Assembly (NCBI GenBank): GCA_963737265.1
Contig: CAVTRY010000011.1
Span: 736,001-800,000 of the forward strand
DNA length: 64,000 bases
Source of the DNA: an uncultured delta proteobacterium
GTDB lineage: Bacteria; Myxococcota_A; Polyangia; Fen-1088
Direction: 5' to 3'
In this document: piece after piece, positions 11,519-22,243 of the stretch
Numbering within the stretch: the first letter of the stretch is position 1
Layout: each line of letters starts with the position of its first letter
Translations under genes and position numbers: made by a program
Notes under the pieces: model-generated
Database searches by the model: none
What the model saw: the letters and a program-made list of their open reading frames with translations, nothing else
Told to the model about the DNA's origin: nothing

Positions 11519-12481
11519 ATGTCCGATGTGATGATCAAGGTCGACAACCTGACTAAGAAGTACGGTCTAACCCGCGCCGTGGACGCGGTGACGTTTAGCG
11601 TCCACCAGGGCGAAGTTCTGGGCTTCCTGGGACCCAACGGCGCGGGCAAATCCACCACCATGAAGATCCTCACCTGCTTCCTGGCGCCCACGTCGGGCAG
11701 CGCCCAGGTGGCGGGCTTCGATGCCTTCGACCAATCGCTGGAGGTGCGGCGGCACGTTGGCTATTTGCCCGAAGACACGCCTCTATACAAGGATATGAGC
11801 GTGCTTGAACACCTGGAGTTCGCGGCCAACATGCACGGCATGTCGGGCGCTGTCGTTCACCAGCGCATCAAGGAAATCGGCGGCCGTTGCGGCTTGTCCG
11901 ACGTGGCTGGCAAGCTCGTCGGCGAGTTATCCAAGGGCTACCGACAACGCGTGGGCCTGGCGCAGGCCATGTTGCACGACCCGGACATCCTGATTCTCGA
12001 CGAACCGACGAGCGGCCTCGACCCCAACCAGATCGCCGAGATACGCACCCTCATCAAGGAGGTCGGCAAGGAAAAGACCGTCATCCTGTCGACCCACATC
12101 CTCCCCGAGGTCCAGGCCACGTGCAGCCGCATGCTCATCATCAGCGGCGGCAAACTGGTGGCGGACGGAACGCCGGACGAATTGCGTGCCCGCGAGAAGG
12201 CCACGCGCTACCGACTGGTCGTCGAGGCCAACGGCGCCGCCGCCGAAGCCGTCAAGGAGAAGGTCGCCACACTCGCAGGTGTTACTCAGTGCCTAAAGAT
12301 AGCCGGCGAAGACGGCGCCCATACCTTTGCCATCGACGGGGCGGCCAAGAGCGACTTGCGCAAGCCACTCTATCGCGTCGCGGTTGACAACCATTGGACG
12401 CTGCTCGAGCTGACCCGAGAAGCGGCCAGCCTCGAAGACGTCTTCCGCAACCTCACCACCGGGGAAGAGAGCCGATCATGA
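11519..12481 (+). CDS. ABC transporter ATP-binding protein, GldA-like
   Basis: GPNGAGKST, LSKGYRQRVG, ILDEPT and STHIL motifs. Confidence 0.92.
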   Translation: MSDVMIKVDNLTKKYGLTRAVDAVTFSVHQGEVLGFLGPNGAGKSTTMKILTCFLAPTSGSAQVAGFDAFDQSLEVRRHVGYLPEDTPLYKDMSVLEHLEFAANMHGMSGAVVHQRIKEIGGRCGLSDVAGKLVGELSKGYRQRVGLAQAMLHDPDILILDEPTSGLDPNQIAEIRTLIKEVGKEKTVILSTHILPEVQATCSRMLIISGGKLVADGTPDELRAREKATRYRLVVEANGAAAEAVKEKVATLAGVTQCLKIAGEDGAHTFAIDGAAKSDLRKPLYRVAVDNHWTLLELTREAASLEDVFRNLTTGEESRS

Positions 12482-13188
12482 GCACGACCGTTACCATCGC
12501 GAAGCGCGAAATCAAGACCTACTTCAATTCGCCCGTGGCCTACATCGTGGTCACGGTCTTCATGCTCATCGTCGGCTATCTCTTCTTCAGTCAGCTCTTT
12601 CTCGACAAGCAGGCCGAGCTGCGCACCTACTTCAACCTGACGCCGCTGGTGTTCACCTTCATCATTCCGGCCATCACCATGCGCCTCCTCGCCGAGGAAA
12701 AAGGCAGCGGCACCTTGGAGATGCTCATCACCATGCCGGTGCGCGACTGGGAAGTCATCTTGGGCAAATTCCTCGCCGGCATGGGCATGCTGGCGGCGAT
12801 TGTTGGAATGACGTTCTTCTACGCCATCACCCTGGCGATGCTGGGTCCGGTGGACAGGGGACCGGTGATTGCCGGCTATTTGGGACTCCTCCTCATGGGC
12901 GCTTCCTACGTGGCCATCGGGGTCATGGCTTCGTCCTTCACGCGCAATCAGATCGTGGCGTTCATCCTGGCCTTCGCCATTTCGTTCGCGCTGTTCATCT
13001 TCGGCCAGATCACGCAGCTGGCGCCTGAATGGCTGGCCCCGATCATTTCCTTCCTCAGCATGGGGAAGCACTTCGAGCCTCTCAGCCGCGGCATCATCGA
13101 TTCCCGCGACGTCGTCTACTACCTGTCCGTGACAGTGGTCTGCCTGGTCATTGCCACGGTCTCCCTCGAATCCCGCAAGTGGAAGTAA
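12478..13188 (+). CDS. ABC-2 permease, GldF-like
   Basis: YFNSPVAY, PAITMRLLAEEKGSGTLEML, about 6 TM segments; ATGA overlap with the ATPase gene. Confidence 0.9.
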   Translation: MSTTVTIAKREIKTYFNSPVAYIVVTVFMLIVGYLFFSQLFLDKQAELRTYFNLTPLVFTFIIPAITMRLLAEEKGSGTLEMLITMPVRDWEVILGKFLAGMGMLAAIVGMTFFYAITLAMLGPVDRGPVIAGYLGLLLMGASYVAIGVMASSFTRNQIVAFILAFAISFALFIFGQITQLAPEWLAPIISFLSMGKHFEPLSRGIIDSRDVVYYLSVTVVCLVIATVSLESRKWK

Positions 13189-13205
13189 CCCAAAGGGAGC
13201 CATCC

Positions 13206-14840
13206 ATGTCGACTGTTTCAAGCAAGAAGAGAAGCAACGCCTCCAACGCGGTCCTCTACGCCCTGTTCATCGCCGGCGCGATCGTTCTCGTCAACTTGAT
13301 CGGAACGCGCCTCTTTGGGCGCCTGGACCTGACCGAGAAGAGCATCTTCACCCTGTCGCAGCCATCGAAGGATCTGGTGAAGACCCTGCCCGATTACCTT
13401 TCGGTCAAGGCCTACATCTCGAAGGATCTGCCGGTCGAAATCAAGCGACTTGCCGTCGACGTGCGCGACAAGTTGGATGATTACAAGTCGAGCTCGAATG
13501 GCAAGTTCCGCTGGGAAGCCCTCGACCCCGGCTCGGACAAGAAGATGGAGGAGGATGCCTCCCGCTGCAAGGTGCAGAAGGTCCAGGTCCAAAAGGTGAG
13601 CAATTCGAAGTTCGAGCTCGGCGCCTACTATCTTGGGCTGTGCTTGCAGTACGGCGACAAGAGCGAGGCCATTCCTCAGATCGTCAGCGACTCGGGCCTC
13701 GAGTATCAGCTTTCGTCGCTCATCAAGAAGCTCACGGTGAAGAAGAAGAAGATTGCCTTCACCACCGGCCACGGCGAAAGCGAGCCCACCCAGGGTTTGC
13801 AGGCGCTCAAGGAAGACCTCGAGCAGGAATACGACATCACCACGGTGAATCCATCCTCCGCCCAGATCGCCGCCGATGTGGACGCCTTGATCGTCGCCGG
13901 CCCGCACCAGCCCTTCGATGAAAAGGGCCAGCGCGAAATCGATACCTTCCTGATGAGCGGCCGAGGCGCCGTGATTCTCGCGCCCGGCATGGCCGCGGGT
14001 GGGGGCGGTGGCCGTGGCATGGAAAACATCAAGATGCTGCAAAGCAACGACACCGGACTTGCCAAGTTACTAGAGACCTACGGATTCAAGATTGGTCAGG
14101 ACATCATCATCGATCCGCAATCGGCGGCGCCGGGCGTGATGGAAATTGGCGGTGGTCGCCGTGCGCTCGTAACCCTGCCCTCGTTCGTCGGGGCCGCGAC
14201 CGAAAAGAATCCCGGCCTCTCCATCACCGAAGGCGTTCGGGCGGTGGTCTTTCCCTTTGCAAGCCCGGTCGACCTGGTTGGTCCGTTGGCAGGCGGCAAT
14301 GTCCCCGCGGGTGCGAAGCTCTGGCGCCTGGCCGCCTCGTCGAATGCCAGCTTCAGACACACGGGTTTTGCGCTGCTTGGTCCCGACATGAAGTTCAACA
14401 CCGGCAAGGACACCGGCTCCTACGTCTTCGGCTACGCCTATCAGGGACTCCTGAAAAGCGCCTTCGTGCCCCAGCCGGCAGCCGCGGTTTCAGCAGCGGA
14501 CAAACAACCCCTCGCCGAATCGAAGAAACCGGTGCGGCTCGTGGTCGTCGGCAACTCGGCTTTCGCCAGCGACGATTGGACGCAACTCGCTCGCTTCTTG
14601 CCGGTGTACGGGGCCGGCGCCCAGATGCTCTACAACGCGATTGGATGGACCGTGGAAGACGAAGCGCTGATTCCCCTGCGCTCGAAGACCATGGATAGCC
14701 GTCAAATCGCCAACACGTCCGAGGCCAAGGCCAGCATCGTCCAATGGGCCAACGTTTTGGGTTTGCCCATCGTCTTCTGCCTCTTTGGCGTTGGTCGCTG
14801 GCGCCTACGCAAAATCAACCGCACGACCCAGAAGCTTTAG
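13206..14840 (+). CDS. GldG-family ABC auxiliary component
   Basis: RLDLTEKSIFTLS, LEYQL and FTTGHGE motifs; N- and C-terminal TM segments. Confidence 0.87.
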   Translation: MSTVSSKKRSNASNAVLYALFIAGAIVLVNLIGTRLFGRLDLTEKSIFTLSQPSKDLVKTLPDYLSVKAYISKDLPVEIKRLAVDVRDKLDDYKSSSNGKFRWEALDPGSDKKMEEDASRCKVQKVQVQKVSNSKFELGAYYLGLCLQYGDKSEAIPQIVSDSGLEYQLSSLIKKLTVKKKKIAFTTGHGESEPTQGLQALKEDLEQEYDITTVNPSSAQIAADVDALIVAGPHQPFDEKGQREIDTFLMSGRGAVILAPGMAAGGGGGRGMENIKMLQSNDTGLAKLLETYGFKIGQDIIIDPQSAAPGVMEIGGGRRALVTLPSFVGAATEKNPGLSITEGVRAVVFPFASPVDLVGPLAGGNVPAGAKLWRLAASSNASFRHTGFALLGPDMKFNTGKDTGSYVFGYAYQGLLKSAFVPQPAAAVSAADKQPLAESKKPVRLVVVGNSAFASDDWTQLARFLPVYGAGAQMLYNAIGWTVEDEALIPLRSKTMDSRQIANTSEAKASIVQWANVLGLPIVFCLFGVGRWRLRKINRTTQKL

Positions 14841-14856
14841 CCACCCGAGGTAGACA

Positions 14857-16212
14857 ATGAATCGGAAGACCCTGATTGCTGGCCTCATCTTTGCCGGTCT
14901 CATTCTCGCAGCCGTCCTGCTCCTGCGCTCGCCCGAAAAGGGCACCCGCTCCGTCGGGGAAGCACCCCGCCCGATCGCCAAGCTCACGGCCGACAGCTTC
15001 GACACGCTCGATGTGACCAAGAACAAAGTCACCACGACCCTCAAGAAGGAGGGCGATGCCTACAGGATCGTCAAGCCGGTTGTGTATGCCGCGGACAAAG
15101 AGTCGGCCAAGACGGCCTTCGATACGATCGCCAAGATGGATTTCGACAACATCATTTCCGACCAAAAGGCTCGCCACACGGAATTCGAATTGGGCGACGA
15201 CGGCCTGCGTGTCACGGTTAAGAAAGGCGACAAGGTCCTGGCCGATTTTCGCCTCGGCAAGTCAGCTAACCAGTTCACCATGTTGCGCGTCGAGGGCAAG
15301 GACGAGGTGTGGGCGGCCACCAACATCCTCAAGTACCAGCTTGATAAGACCACCACCGACTGGCGCGACAAGACCATCACCAATTTCGACGAGAAAGAGG
15401 CCGAAAAGCTCCAGGTTTCCGGCAAGGATGGCGCGAAGATCGTGCTGACCAAACCGGCCCCGACCGACGCCGGGGCGGCCAATACCGATTGGCAAGTCGT
15501 TGAATCGACGGTGAAGGTCGAACCCTTCGACAAGAGCGTCGCCAGCGGAATGGCTTCCCAGCTCGCGTCCTGGAAGACGAACGAGTTCGCCGACAGCGCC
15601 AAGCCCGAGGAAACCGGTCTCGCTTCGCCGGAGCTCACGGTGACCGTGGGGCTGCGCAACGGCAAGCAGCAGACGGTGCTGGTGGGCAAGAAGAAGGGCG
15701 ACGACGACTACTATGTGAAGGTGGCGGACGGCCCGCAAATCTTCCTGGTCAAGAAGTACAACATCGACCGGGTCAATAAGCGTCCCATCGAATTCCGGGA
15801 CAAGACCTTGTGCAATCTCAAGAGCGACGAGGTCACCGAGATCGCGGTGACGCGAGAGAAGGACTCCTACACCTTGGCCAAGCAGGGCACTGCCTGGAAG
15901 CTGACCAAGCCCGCCGGCATCACGCTCGATGATTCCAAGGTATCGAACATCACCAGCGCCTTCTCCGACCTCAAGGGCCAGAGCTTCGCCGAAGACAGCT
16001 CGCCCAAGGTGACGGGCCTGGCGAAGCCCACGGCCAGCATCGCGGTGAAATCGAGCGTGAAGGGGCATACCTGCCAACTCAAGGTCGGCAGCGAGACCAG
16101 CGACAAGAGCAGCTACGACGTGCAGGCAGTCGGTCAGCCCTACGTCTCCTTGGTGACCAAGTGGGCCATCGACCGCGTCCTGGTCAAGCTCGACGACTTG
16201 AAAAAGAAGTAG
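14857..16212 (+). CDS. DUF4340 domain-containing protein
   Basis: N-terminal membrane anchor; repeated WRDK/FRDK and GL-x2-P units; usual last gene of GldAFG-like operons. Confidence 0.8.
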   Translation: MNRKTLIAGLIFAGLILAAVLLLRSPEKGTRSVGEAPRPIAKLTADSFDTLDVTKNKVTTTLKKEGDAYRIVKPVVYAADKESAKTAFDTIAKMDFDNIISDQKARHTEFELGDDGLRVTVKKGDKVLADFRLGKSANQFTMLRVEGKDEVWAATNILKYQLDKTTTDWRDKTITNFDEKEAEKLQVSGKDGAKIVLTKPAPTDAGAANTDWQVVESTVKVEPFDKSVASGMASQLASWKTNEFADSAKPEETGLASPELTVTVGLRNGKQQTVLVGKKKGDDDYYVKVADGPQIFLVKKYNIDRVNKRPIEFRDKTLCNLKSDEVTEIAVTREKDSYTLAKQGTAWKLTKPAGITLDDSKVSNITSAFSDLKGQSFAEDSSPKVTGLAKPTASIAVKSSVKGHTCQLKVGSETSDKSSYDVQAVGQPYVSLVTKWAIDRVLVKLDDLKKK

Positions 16213-16218
16213 AACGGC

Positions 16219-16473
16219 GCTACGGGCTACTGGCCACAGGCTGCACAGGCTACGGGCTACAGGCTACAGGCTACAGGCTAGCTAACTAGAGGGCTAAAGG
16301 CTACAGGTCATAGTGGTGCAGGCTGATCGGTCTGGCGGCCTGGCGCATCGGTTGGGCACGATGATCGCAGGTCTCGACCAGAGAGCCTGGAGACTGACGC
16401 CCGAAACTGACGACACCTGGAGCCTAGAGCCTGCCGCCTGGAGCCTGCAGGGGCAGCCTGACGCCCGAAACTG
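16219..16473. repeat. Heptamer tandem arrays in inverted orientation, plus a 16-bp direct repeat
   Basis: GGCTAC(A/G)-type units at about 16219-16307; complementary TGGAGCC/TAGAGCC-type units at about 16383-16460; CTGACGCCCGAAACTG at 16394-16409 and 16458-16473; lies between convergent genes. Confidence 0.8.
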
Positions 16474-16488
16474 GCGCCTTGCCAAGCA

Positions 16489-19125
16489 TCACTGCAACGT
16501 TGGCTGGTTCTCGACCAGGATTTGCCCTTCGGCGGGCTGCAATCCGGAATCGCGGCGAATCGCGTAGGCACGATCGCGGAGCTTTTCTGCTGCATCCCGC
16601 CGCCCGATCTTCTCCTCGAAGTCTGCGTAGGCGGCGAAGGTCCGGCCAAGCTCCAGCTCCGCGCCGGAGGTAGCAAGAAGGTGAATCGCGCGATCGAACA
16701 CCTCACGCGGCCCACCCCGGTCGCAATTGCCCGGCGCTCCTGCCGACAATGCCGTGCCAAGAACACGTAACGCGGAACCCGCCAAGGTCGCGGCGCCCAT
16801 CTTCTCTGCCTCCACGGCTGCCCATTCGGCGTGGTCGCGCGCCGCCAGACAATCCCCCTTCGCCAAGTGAATCTCGGCCAAGACCCGGTCCGATTCAGCC
16901 ACCAAGCGCCGCGCGCCGAACTTCTGGGCGATGCCTTTGGCGGCCCGCAACTCGCTTTCAGCCTCGTCGACTTCGCCCTGGGCCAGCAGGCAATCGCCGA
17001 TCTCAAGTGCTAGGTGACACTCGGTCAGACGCTCGCCCATCGTGCTCGATAGTCCCCTCGCCTGCGAAAGCAGCTTGTGCGCAAGCTTGGCGTGCCCGGC
17101 CTCGCGGGTGAGAGCGCCGAGGTCGAGCAGGGTGAACACGATGCCGTGCGGATCGCGGGTGGACTGGCTGATCGCCAGTGCTTTCTCGAAGCTCTGCTGG
17201 GCGAGGCCCAGATGTCCTAACTGCGCCTCGACAAGCCCGATCCATGCCAACGTCAGCGCCTTGCCTCGCTCGTCGTTGAGCTCGCCGCGAATCGACAGCG
17301 CGGCCTTGTGACAGCGCAAGGCTTCGTCGGGTTTTCCCACCAGGTAGTAGACCCTGCCGATGTCGTCCAGGCTCGCCGCCACGCCCGGCCGGTCGCCGGC
17401 CAAATCGAACAGGAGATGAGACATGTCGAGGTGCTGAGCTGCCAGCCGGTAATCCCCGAGCGATCGGTAGGCACGGCCCATGCGCGCATGGGCTGCTCCG
17501 CCTTTGCCCGGCAAGTCCAGGCACCAGGCGGTCTTGAGCATGTCGGAAAAATGCGCCAAGGATTCGTGGCTGCGGCCAAGCCGAGCCGCCACATCGCCGA
17601 GCTTGTGCAGGGTTTCAATCTTGAGCAGGGAGTCGTCGATGTCAAAGAGCCTTACAGCGCGCCCGTAATGCGATCGCGCGGTCTCGTAGTCGACCGCGCG
17701 GCTAGCCTCGTCGCCCGCCGCGACGAGCGCAATGCCTGCCCGGCGAGGGTCTCCGCCCTGCTCGTAGAGGGTGGCGATGTCCTCGAGCTGTCCGCACGAC
17801 ATGGATTTTCCCGCCCTGGCTTCGATCCACTGCGCCGAGAAGCGCTTGCGGCGGCGCGTGGTCTCTGGAGCCACGCTGCTCTCCACCAGCATCCGTTCAT
17901 CTGCGTCGGCGAAGCACCAGGCCGCCTCGCTTCCGAGGGCGTCGGTCTCCAGCCTTCTGATGTAGCCGCGCTCGGCCAGCAGTGCCAGCATGCGCTTGGT
18001 CTCTTCAATGGAAGGGTCGGGGGCAAACACCAGGGTTGGATCCCAGGGATCCGTGCCCAGGCGGCCAAGGGCGATCACCCCGCCGGTCCAGAACACCCGG
18101 CCCATAGCGGCGGCGCGCGCAAGCAATCCGCGCTCGCTCAGGCTCAACTCCGCGACCCGCGCACCGGCGCGAGCCTCGGGGCACAAGGCAGGCCCTTCTC
18201 GATCGGCGCGGACGCCGTCGAACAGCCACGCGTCCTTGGTGTCGCACGCCAGAATGCCGTGCTCGTGATACACGGCGAGGAGCTGAAGCAACAGCGACGG
18301 ATTCCCTCCCGACTCGACGGCGGCCCGCTCGGCCAGACCAGATGCCAAGGTATCCGCGCCCAGCGCGCACTGCATGAAGACTTCCATTTCCAGCGGCGAC
18401 AGCGCGCCCAAGTCCAGGCGAAGGTGGCTTCCTTCGGCTCGGCTCCAGTCGGTTTGCCGAACCAGCAATTCTGGCCGCGCCACCACCACGAAAACGATGG
18501 CGGCTTCGCCCAGCTCGGCGCGCAGGCGCGCCAGCACTTCCAACGAGGCATCATCCGCGCGATGAGCGTCGTCGATCACGAAAAGGATCGGATGCTTGCG
18601 GGCGTCCTCTTCAAGAAACCGGCAGAGAAGCGCTCGCGCCAAATCCGCCTTCTGCTCCGGCCGCATGGCCAAGGATTGCGCCAGCGGGCTTTCGGTCACA
18701 TCGAGGCCGATGAATTCGCCGAGAAAACCAGCGATCTCGGACACCCGACGGTCGGCGAAAACGGCCTGCAATTCCCTACGAAAGACGGCGGAGGCGGCGG
18801 CCTGGTCCATCTGCTGCGTGATGCCGACGCGAGCCCGAAGCAGGCTTCGCCACAGCCCAAGTGGCTCCAGGTCCGCGCCTTCGCCGGTTGCATGCACGGA
18901 CAAGTGGACGGCGTGAAAGTCGCCTTTCTTGCCCACCTCGCCCACCCAGTCCTCGACGAAGCGGGTCTTCCCGATTCCCACTGCGCCGAGTACGGTGACA
19001 AACTGAGGCGCCTCGAAACGCACGGCTCGATAGAGGGCCGCATCGAGAGCTCGCCTCTCGGTCTCGCGACCAATCAGCCTGTGAACTCGGAAATCCCGTT
19101 TTCCACCCAGTGTCTCAAGCGTCAT
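16489..19125 (-). CDS. STAND-like AAA ATPase with C-terminal TPR repeats
   Basis: LIGRETE, GAVGIGKT Walker A, LFVIDDAH Walker B, SGGNP, then multiple TPR helices. Confidence 0.85.
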   Translation of the reverse strand: MTLETLGGKRDFRVHRLIGRETERRALDAALYRAVRFEAPQFVTVLGAVGIGKTRFVEDWVGEVGKKGDFHAVHLSVHATGEGADLEPLGLWRSLLRARVGITQQMDQAAASAVFRRELQAVFADRRVSEIAGFLGEFIGLDVTESPLAQSLAMRPEQKADLARALLCRFLEEDARKHPILFVIDDAHRADDASLEVLARLRAELGEAAIVFVVVARPELLVRQTDWSRAEGSHLRLDLGALSPLEMEVFMQCALGADTLASGLAERAAVESGGNPSLLLQLLAVYHEHGILACDTKDAWLFDGVRADREGPALCPEARAGARVAELSLSERGLLARAAAMGRVFWTGGVIALGRLGTDPWDPTLVFAPDPSIEETKRMLALLAERGYIRRLETDALGSEAAWCFADADERMLVESSVAPETTRRRKRFSAQWIEARAGKSMSCGQLEDIATLYEQGGDPRRAGIALVAAGDEASRAVDYETARSHYGRAVRLFDIDDSLLKIETLHKLGDVAARLGRSHESLAHFSDMLKTAWCLDLPGKGGAAHARMGRAYRSLGDYRLAAQHLDMSHLLFDLAGDRPGVAASLDDIGRVYYLVGKPDEALRCHKAALSIRGELNDERGKALTLAWIGLVEAQLGHLGLAQQSFEKALAISQSTRDPHGIVFTLLDLGALTREAGHAKLAHKLLSQARGLSSTMGERLTECHLALEIGDCLLAQGEVDEAESELRAAKGIAQKFGARRLVAESDRVLAEIHLAKGDCLAARDHAEWAAVEAEKMGAATLAGSALRVLGTALSAGAPGNCDRGGPREVFDRAIHLLATSGAELELGRTFAAYADFEEKIGRRDAAEKLRDRAYAIRRDSGLQPAEGQILVENQPTLQ

Positions 19126-19222
19126 ACCACCTTGATAAGGCGAATCTCGCTAGAGAGCCAAAAACTCGATCGGATCGCAAGCGGCCGCAAATGAAACTAT
19201 GCGCAGCAAACCGCGCTCCCGT

Positions 19223-19408
19223 TCACATGCCGATGATGGCCACGCCGCGCTCGGGCGCACGGTCGCCGCGCTCGTCGTGCGGCATTCGTGGGTCGACCTC
19301 GCCCGGCCACTGGCCGTCGGGAACGGGAAGCTCGAGCTGCGGACGATCGCCGCGCCGACGATCTTCCTCGCGACGTCGGATTTCATCTATTATCCATGGC
19401 TCCAGCAT
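19223..19408 (-). CDS. Small (61 aa) hypothetical protein
   Basis: MLEPWIIDEIRRREEDRRR...PQLELP...ERGVAIIGM; purine-rich leader; sigma54-like site upstream. Confidence 0.65.
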   Translation of the reverse strand: MLEPWIIDEIRRREEDRRRGDRPQLELPVPDGQWPGEVDPRMPHDERGDRAPERGVAIIGM

Positions 19409-19436
19409 CGAACCGCCCTTACCTATTCTTATGGCT

Positions 19437-19452
19437 TGCAACATCGCTGCCC
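19437..19452 (-). promoter_or_regulatory. Putative sigma54 (-24/-12) promoter
   Basis: Minus strand reads GGGCAGCGATGTTGCA: GG-N10-GC with TTGCA, ending 28 nt before ATG 19408. Confidence 0.55.
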
Positions 19453-19735
19453 GGCCGTCAAGCCGCGCAAGCGCACTTCGTTCGATCTTTGCTGCTTTCG
19501 GTGTTTGTGCCCACTTCGCGGCCCGATTGTTCACGACGTGCGCAACCGGCCTGCTGGGCGATCCGTGACAAAATAGTCGTGGTTGCTCGGCTCCACCCCG
19601 CAAAGATTTGCGCCCCTCCGAGTTGGAGGCCACAACCTCGCGTTGTCTAGGCGTCGGCGTCATGGACTAACCTTTGGATGCACCGGCTTGGCGTGCGTTG
19701 CCAGAGCTCCCTGCGGCTAGTTCTTCGGCCGCTTT

Positions 19736-21179
19736 TCAGTCGGGGTTTAGGGCTGGAGATGAATTTGTTGCACCGGCCTTCGGCGCTGCCAGCAACGTAC
19801 TGCTGATCTTCAGCGAGTAGGACTCGTCTGGGTTGCCATCCCCCTTGCCTTGTGAGAGCCGCAACAGCAGCGGCTCGCCCAAAGTCGGAATCCTGGATAG
19901 CGTGACCGGCTCACGCGCTTTTCTTGCCTCCGCCGAGGCGACAGTCTGACCGTTGCTCTGCCGAATCACGTTCGAGCTTCGCCCGCACGTGAGCGGGGGT
20001 CGCGAACTCGATAGTGACCTCGCGCTGACCGTCCCCGGAATAGCGGAAGTAATCGACGTCGCCCAGGGGCAGAAAGCCCGTCAAAACCCCGTCATGGATC
20101 GACGTCGCCTTGGCGGGGTTGTCGTTCGGCTCGATCTCCGAATCCGATTTGGGCGCACCCATGCCAAGATGCAGGACGTAGCGCTGGGTACGGTTTTGGC
20201 CCGACTCGCTGCGAACGACGACGTAGAAAAATCGTGCCGTCGCGCCAGCGTCGGTCGTCGCGACAGGAGCAATCACGTTGTGCAAGCCGACTCGCTCACC
20301 CCGTCGTCCTCGTCCAACGGCGATTCTCGCACCGCTGCCATCGAGAACCTGCAGGCCAGCGCTGACCCCTTCGACGGCGTCAAGCTCCACGTCCAAAGCC
20401 GAGGGGATCTCGGGCGCCGGAATGCGGTAGAAATCCTGGTCGTGCTGCCAGCCGTGGAACCCGGCCAGCTCGACGGTCCCGGAAACCGTCACGGCTTCCG
20501 CCGATTCGGTTCCGTCGTTGGGCTCGCGTTCATCGCCAGGTTCAAAGTCCCCAAGCTGAACCGTCAGTTTGTACTTGCTGGTCACCATTGGCTCGGCCGA
20601 CTTGGCCGGCTTGGCGACGGCCTTCACGCGAAAAAGGTAGGCGTGCCCAGGAAGCACCGCCATGTTGGGCATGCCCGCCGCCTCGCCCACATCCACCGTG
20701 ACGGTCTCGAGCGACTTCAGTCTCTCGTCGAGAAGTTGCAGGGAAAGGGTCGCGCCGGCCTCCGCCGCGATTTCGAGCGTCAGGCGACGAGCCAGGGAGC
20801 GCGGATCGTCCGACGGCGAAGAATCAGGTGACGGAGCCGGCTTGTCGGCACTCGCACGTGCACCTGGAACCATGAGCTTGAAAACGTCCACGTCCTTTCC
20901 TACGCCGGCCTCAGTTCCCAAGAGAGCTCCGACAACACTGACCACCGGCCAATCGGCATTGATGGCCAGGAGCTGTGCCTGCTCGGGACTGTCGTTCGGT
21001 TCCTGCTCCATGACCCTGGGCGGGCCGGCCGCATCGGTGCGTGGAGCTACGACAACAACTGCGGCGGAGTCGCCGCGCGGCGGAAACGGAACACGCCGGC
21101 AGGCAACGAGAGGAATGATCCCCGTTAAGACCAGAAGTCCCTTGCCGCGCCAACCTCGCTCCAGGCAAAACATCTGCAC
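19736..21179 (-). CDS. Putative lipoprotein with PPC-like (EPND) repeats; one +1 frameshift near 19970
   Basis: LVAC lipobox-like motif; three E-x-EPND...D-x-D-[YF] repeats; removing one base in CTCGAA(C)GTG joins ORF 19911-21179 to ORF 19736-19969. Confidence 0.72.
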
Positions 21180-21207
21180 AGGCTAGCAACCTTTCGATAA
21201 CACGCGG

Positions 21208-21651
21208 TCAGGAAGTAGCTAGCGTCTTGATGCCAGCGACGAACTCGGCCTCGGCCACCACGGTGTCCGCGACCTTCGCCAGGCCTCGCATTTTCCAGAT
21301 CGCGCCGCCCTTGCGCAGGGGAACGACCTCCAGGACGAGGACATCGCCTGGCACCACTGGTTTACGAAACTTCACCTTGTCTATGGTCAGGAAGTAGATG
21401 GCCTGGCGGGCAGGATCGAAGCCAACCGCGGGTGCGGCCAACAGCGCTGCCGTCTGCGCCAGCGCCTCCACGATAAGGACACCGGGCATGATGGGATTGC
21501 CCGGGAAATGGCCCTGGAAAAAGGGTTCGTTGGCGGACACCATCTTGCGCGCGACAATCCTTTCCTCGGTCACCGAATCCACCCGGTCGACCAGAAGGAA
21601 AGGATAGCGGTGGGGAAGAATCGCCTGGATGGCCGCGATATCCATGGCCAT
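21208..21651 (-). CDS. fabZ: 3-hydroxyacyl-ACP dehydratase
   Basis: [31 protein letters not shown] and FRKPVVPGD motifs. Confidence 0.96.
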   Translation of the reverse strand: MAMDIAAIQAILPHRYPFLLVDRVDSVTEERIVARKMVSANEPFFQGHFPGNPIMPGVLIVEALAQTAALLAAPAVGFDPARQAIYFLTIDKVKFRKPVVPGDVLVLEVVPLRKGGAIWKMRGLAKVADTVVAEAEFVAGIKTLATS

Positions 21652-21682
21652 GAAATCCCCTCGATCGGCGCTGTTTCCGGCG

Positions 21683-22243
21683 CTATTTCTTGGAATCGGC
21701 GGACTTTTTCGCCGGCGCCGTCCCCGGGCCCTTTTCTTCCCCAGCATTGAAGCGACGAATCACCTCGTTGGTCAAATCGAGATGGGGCTTGGCGAATACG
21801 ACGCCAGCACTCTTGTCGAGCACCATGGTGAAATTCTCCGCCGCCGCGATTTTGCCGATGATTCGCTGCAGGCGCTCGACGATGGGCTGGGTCGCTTCTT
21901 CTTCCTTCGCGGCGAGATCCTGCTGATGGCGCAAATAGATCTGCTGGACCTTGCCCACGCGCTCCTGTAACTCGGCTTCCTTTTGGCGAACGGTGTCCGC
22001 GGGCAAAAGGGTGCGCTTCTTGTTCAGGTCCTCGATGGCCTTCTTGACCTCTTCCTGCTGCTCGTCGAGCTCCTTCTGCTTCCTGTCGAAGTCCTTCTTG
22101 AGCGTGGCGCGAGCCTTGCGGCCGTCCTCGGTTTCGTACAAGGCGCGGCGTAAATCCACGTAGCCGAGTTTTACTTCCTCGGCGCGCAGGGGCCGCGCAA
22201 ACAGGGACAGAAGGATGGTTCCGAGCAGTGCAATACGAATCAT
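21683..22243 (-). CDS. skp: OmpH/Skp periplasmic chaperone
   Basis: Signal peptide, KLGYVD, coiled coil, DLTNEVI; adjacent to fabZ. Confidence 0.9.
   Translation of the reverse strand: MIRIALLGTILLSLFARPLRAEEVKLGYVDLRRALYETEDGRKARATLKKDFDRKQKELDEQQEEVKKAIEDLNKKRTLLPADTVRQKEAELQERVGKVQQIYLRHQQDLAAKEEEATQPIVERLQRIIGKIAAAENFTMVLDKSAGVVFAKPHLDLTNEVIRRFNAGEEKGPGTAPAKKSADSKK

Noticed and set aside
11519-16212. GldAFG-like operon as evidence of Bacteroidetes-type gliding or T9SS
   Set aside because: This ABC + GldG + DUF4340 arrangement is widespread, and no other gld/spr genes are in the window
16219-16473. Repeats as a CRISPR array
   Set aside because: Units are 7 bp and contiguous, with no unique spacers and no cas genes
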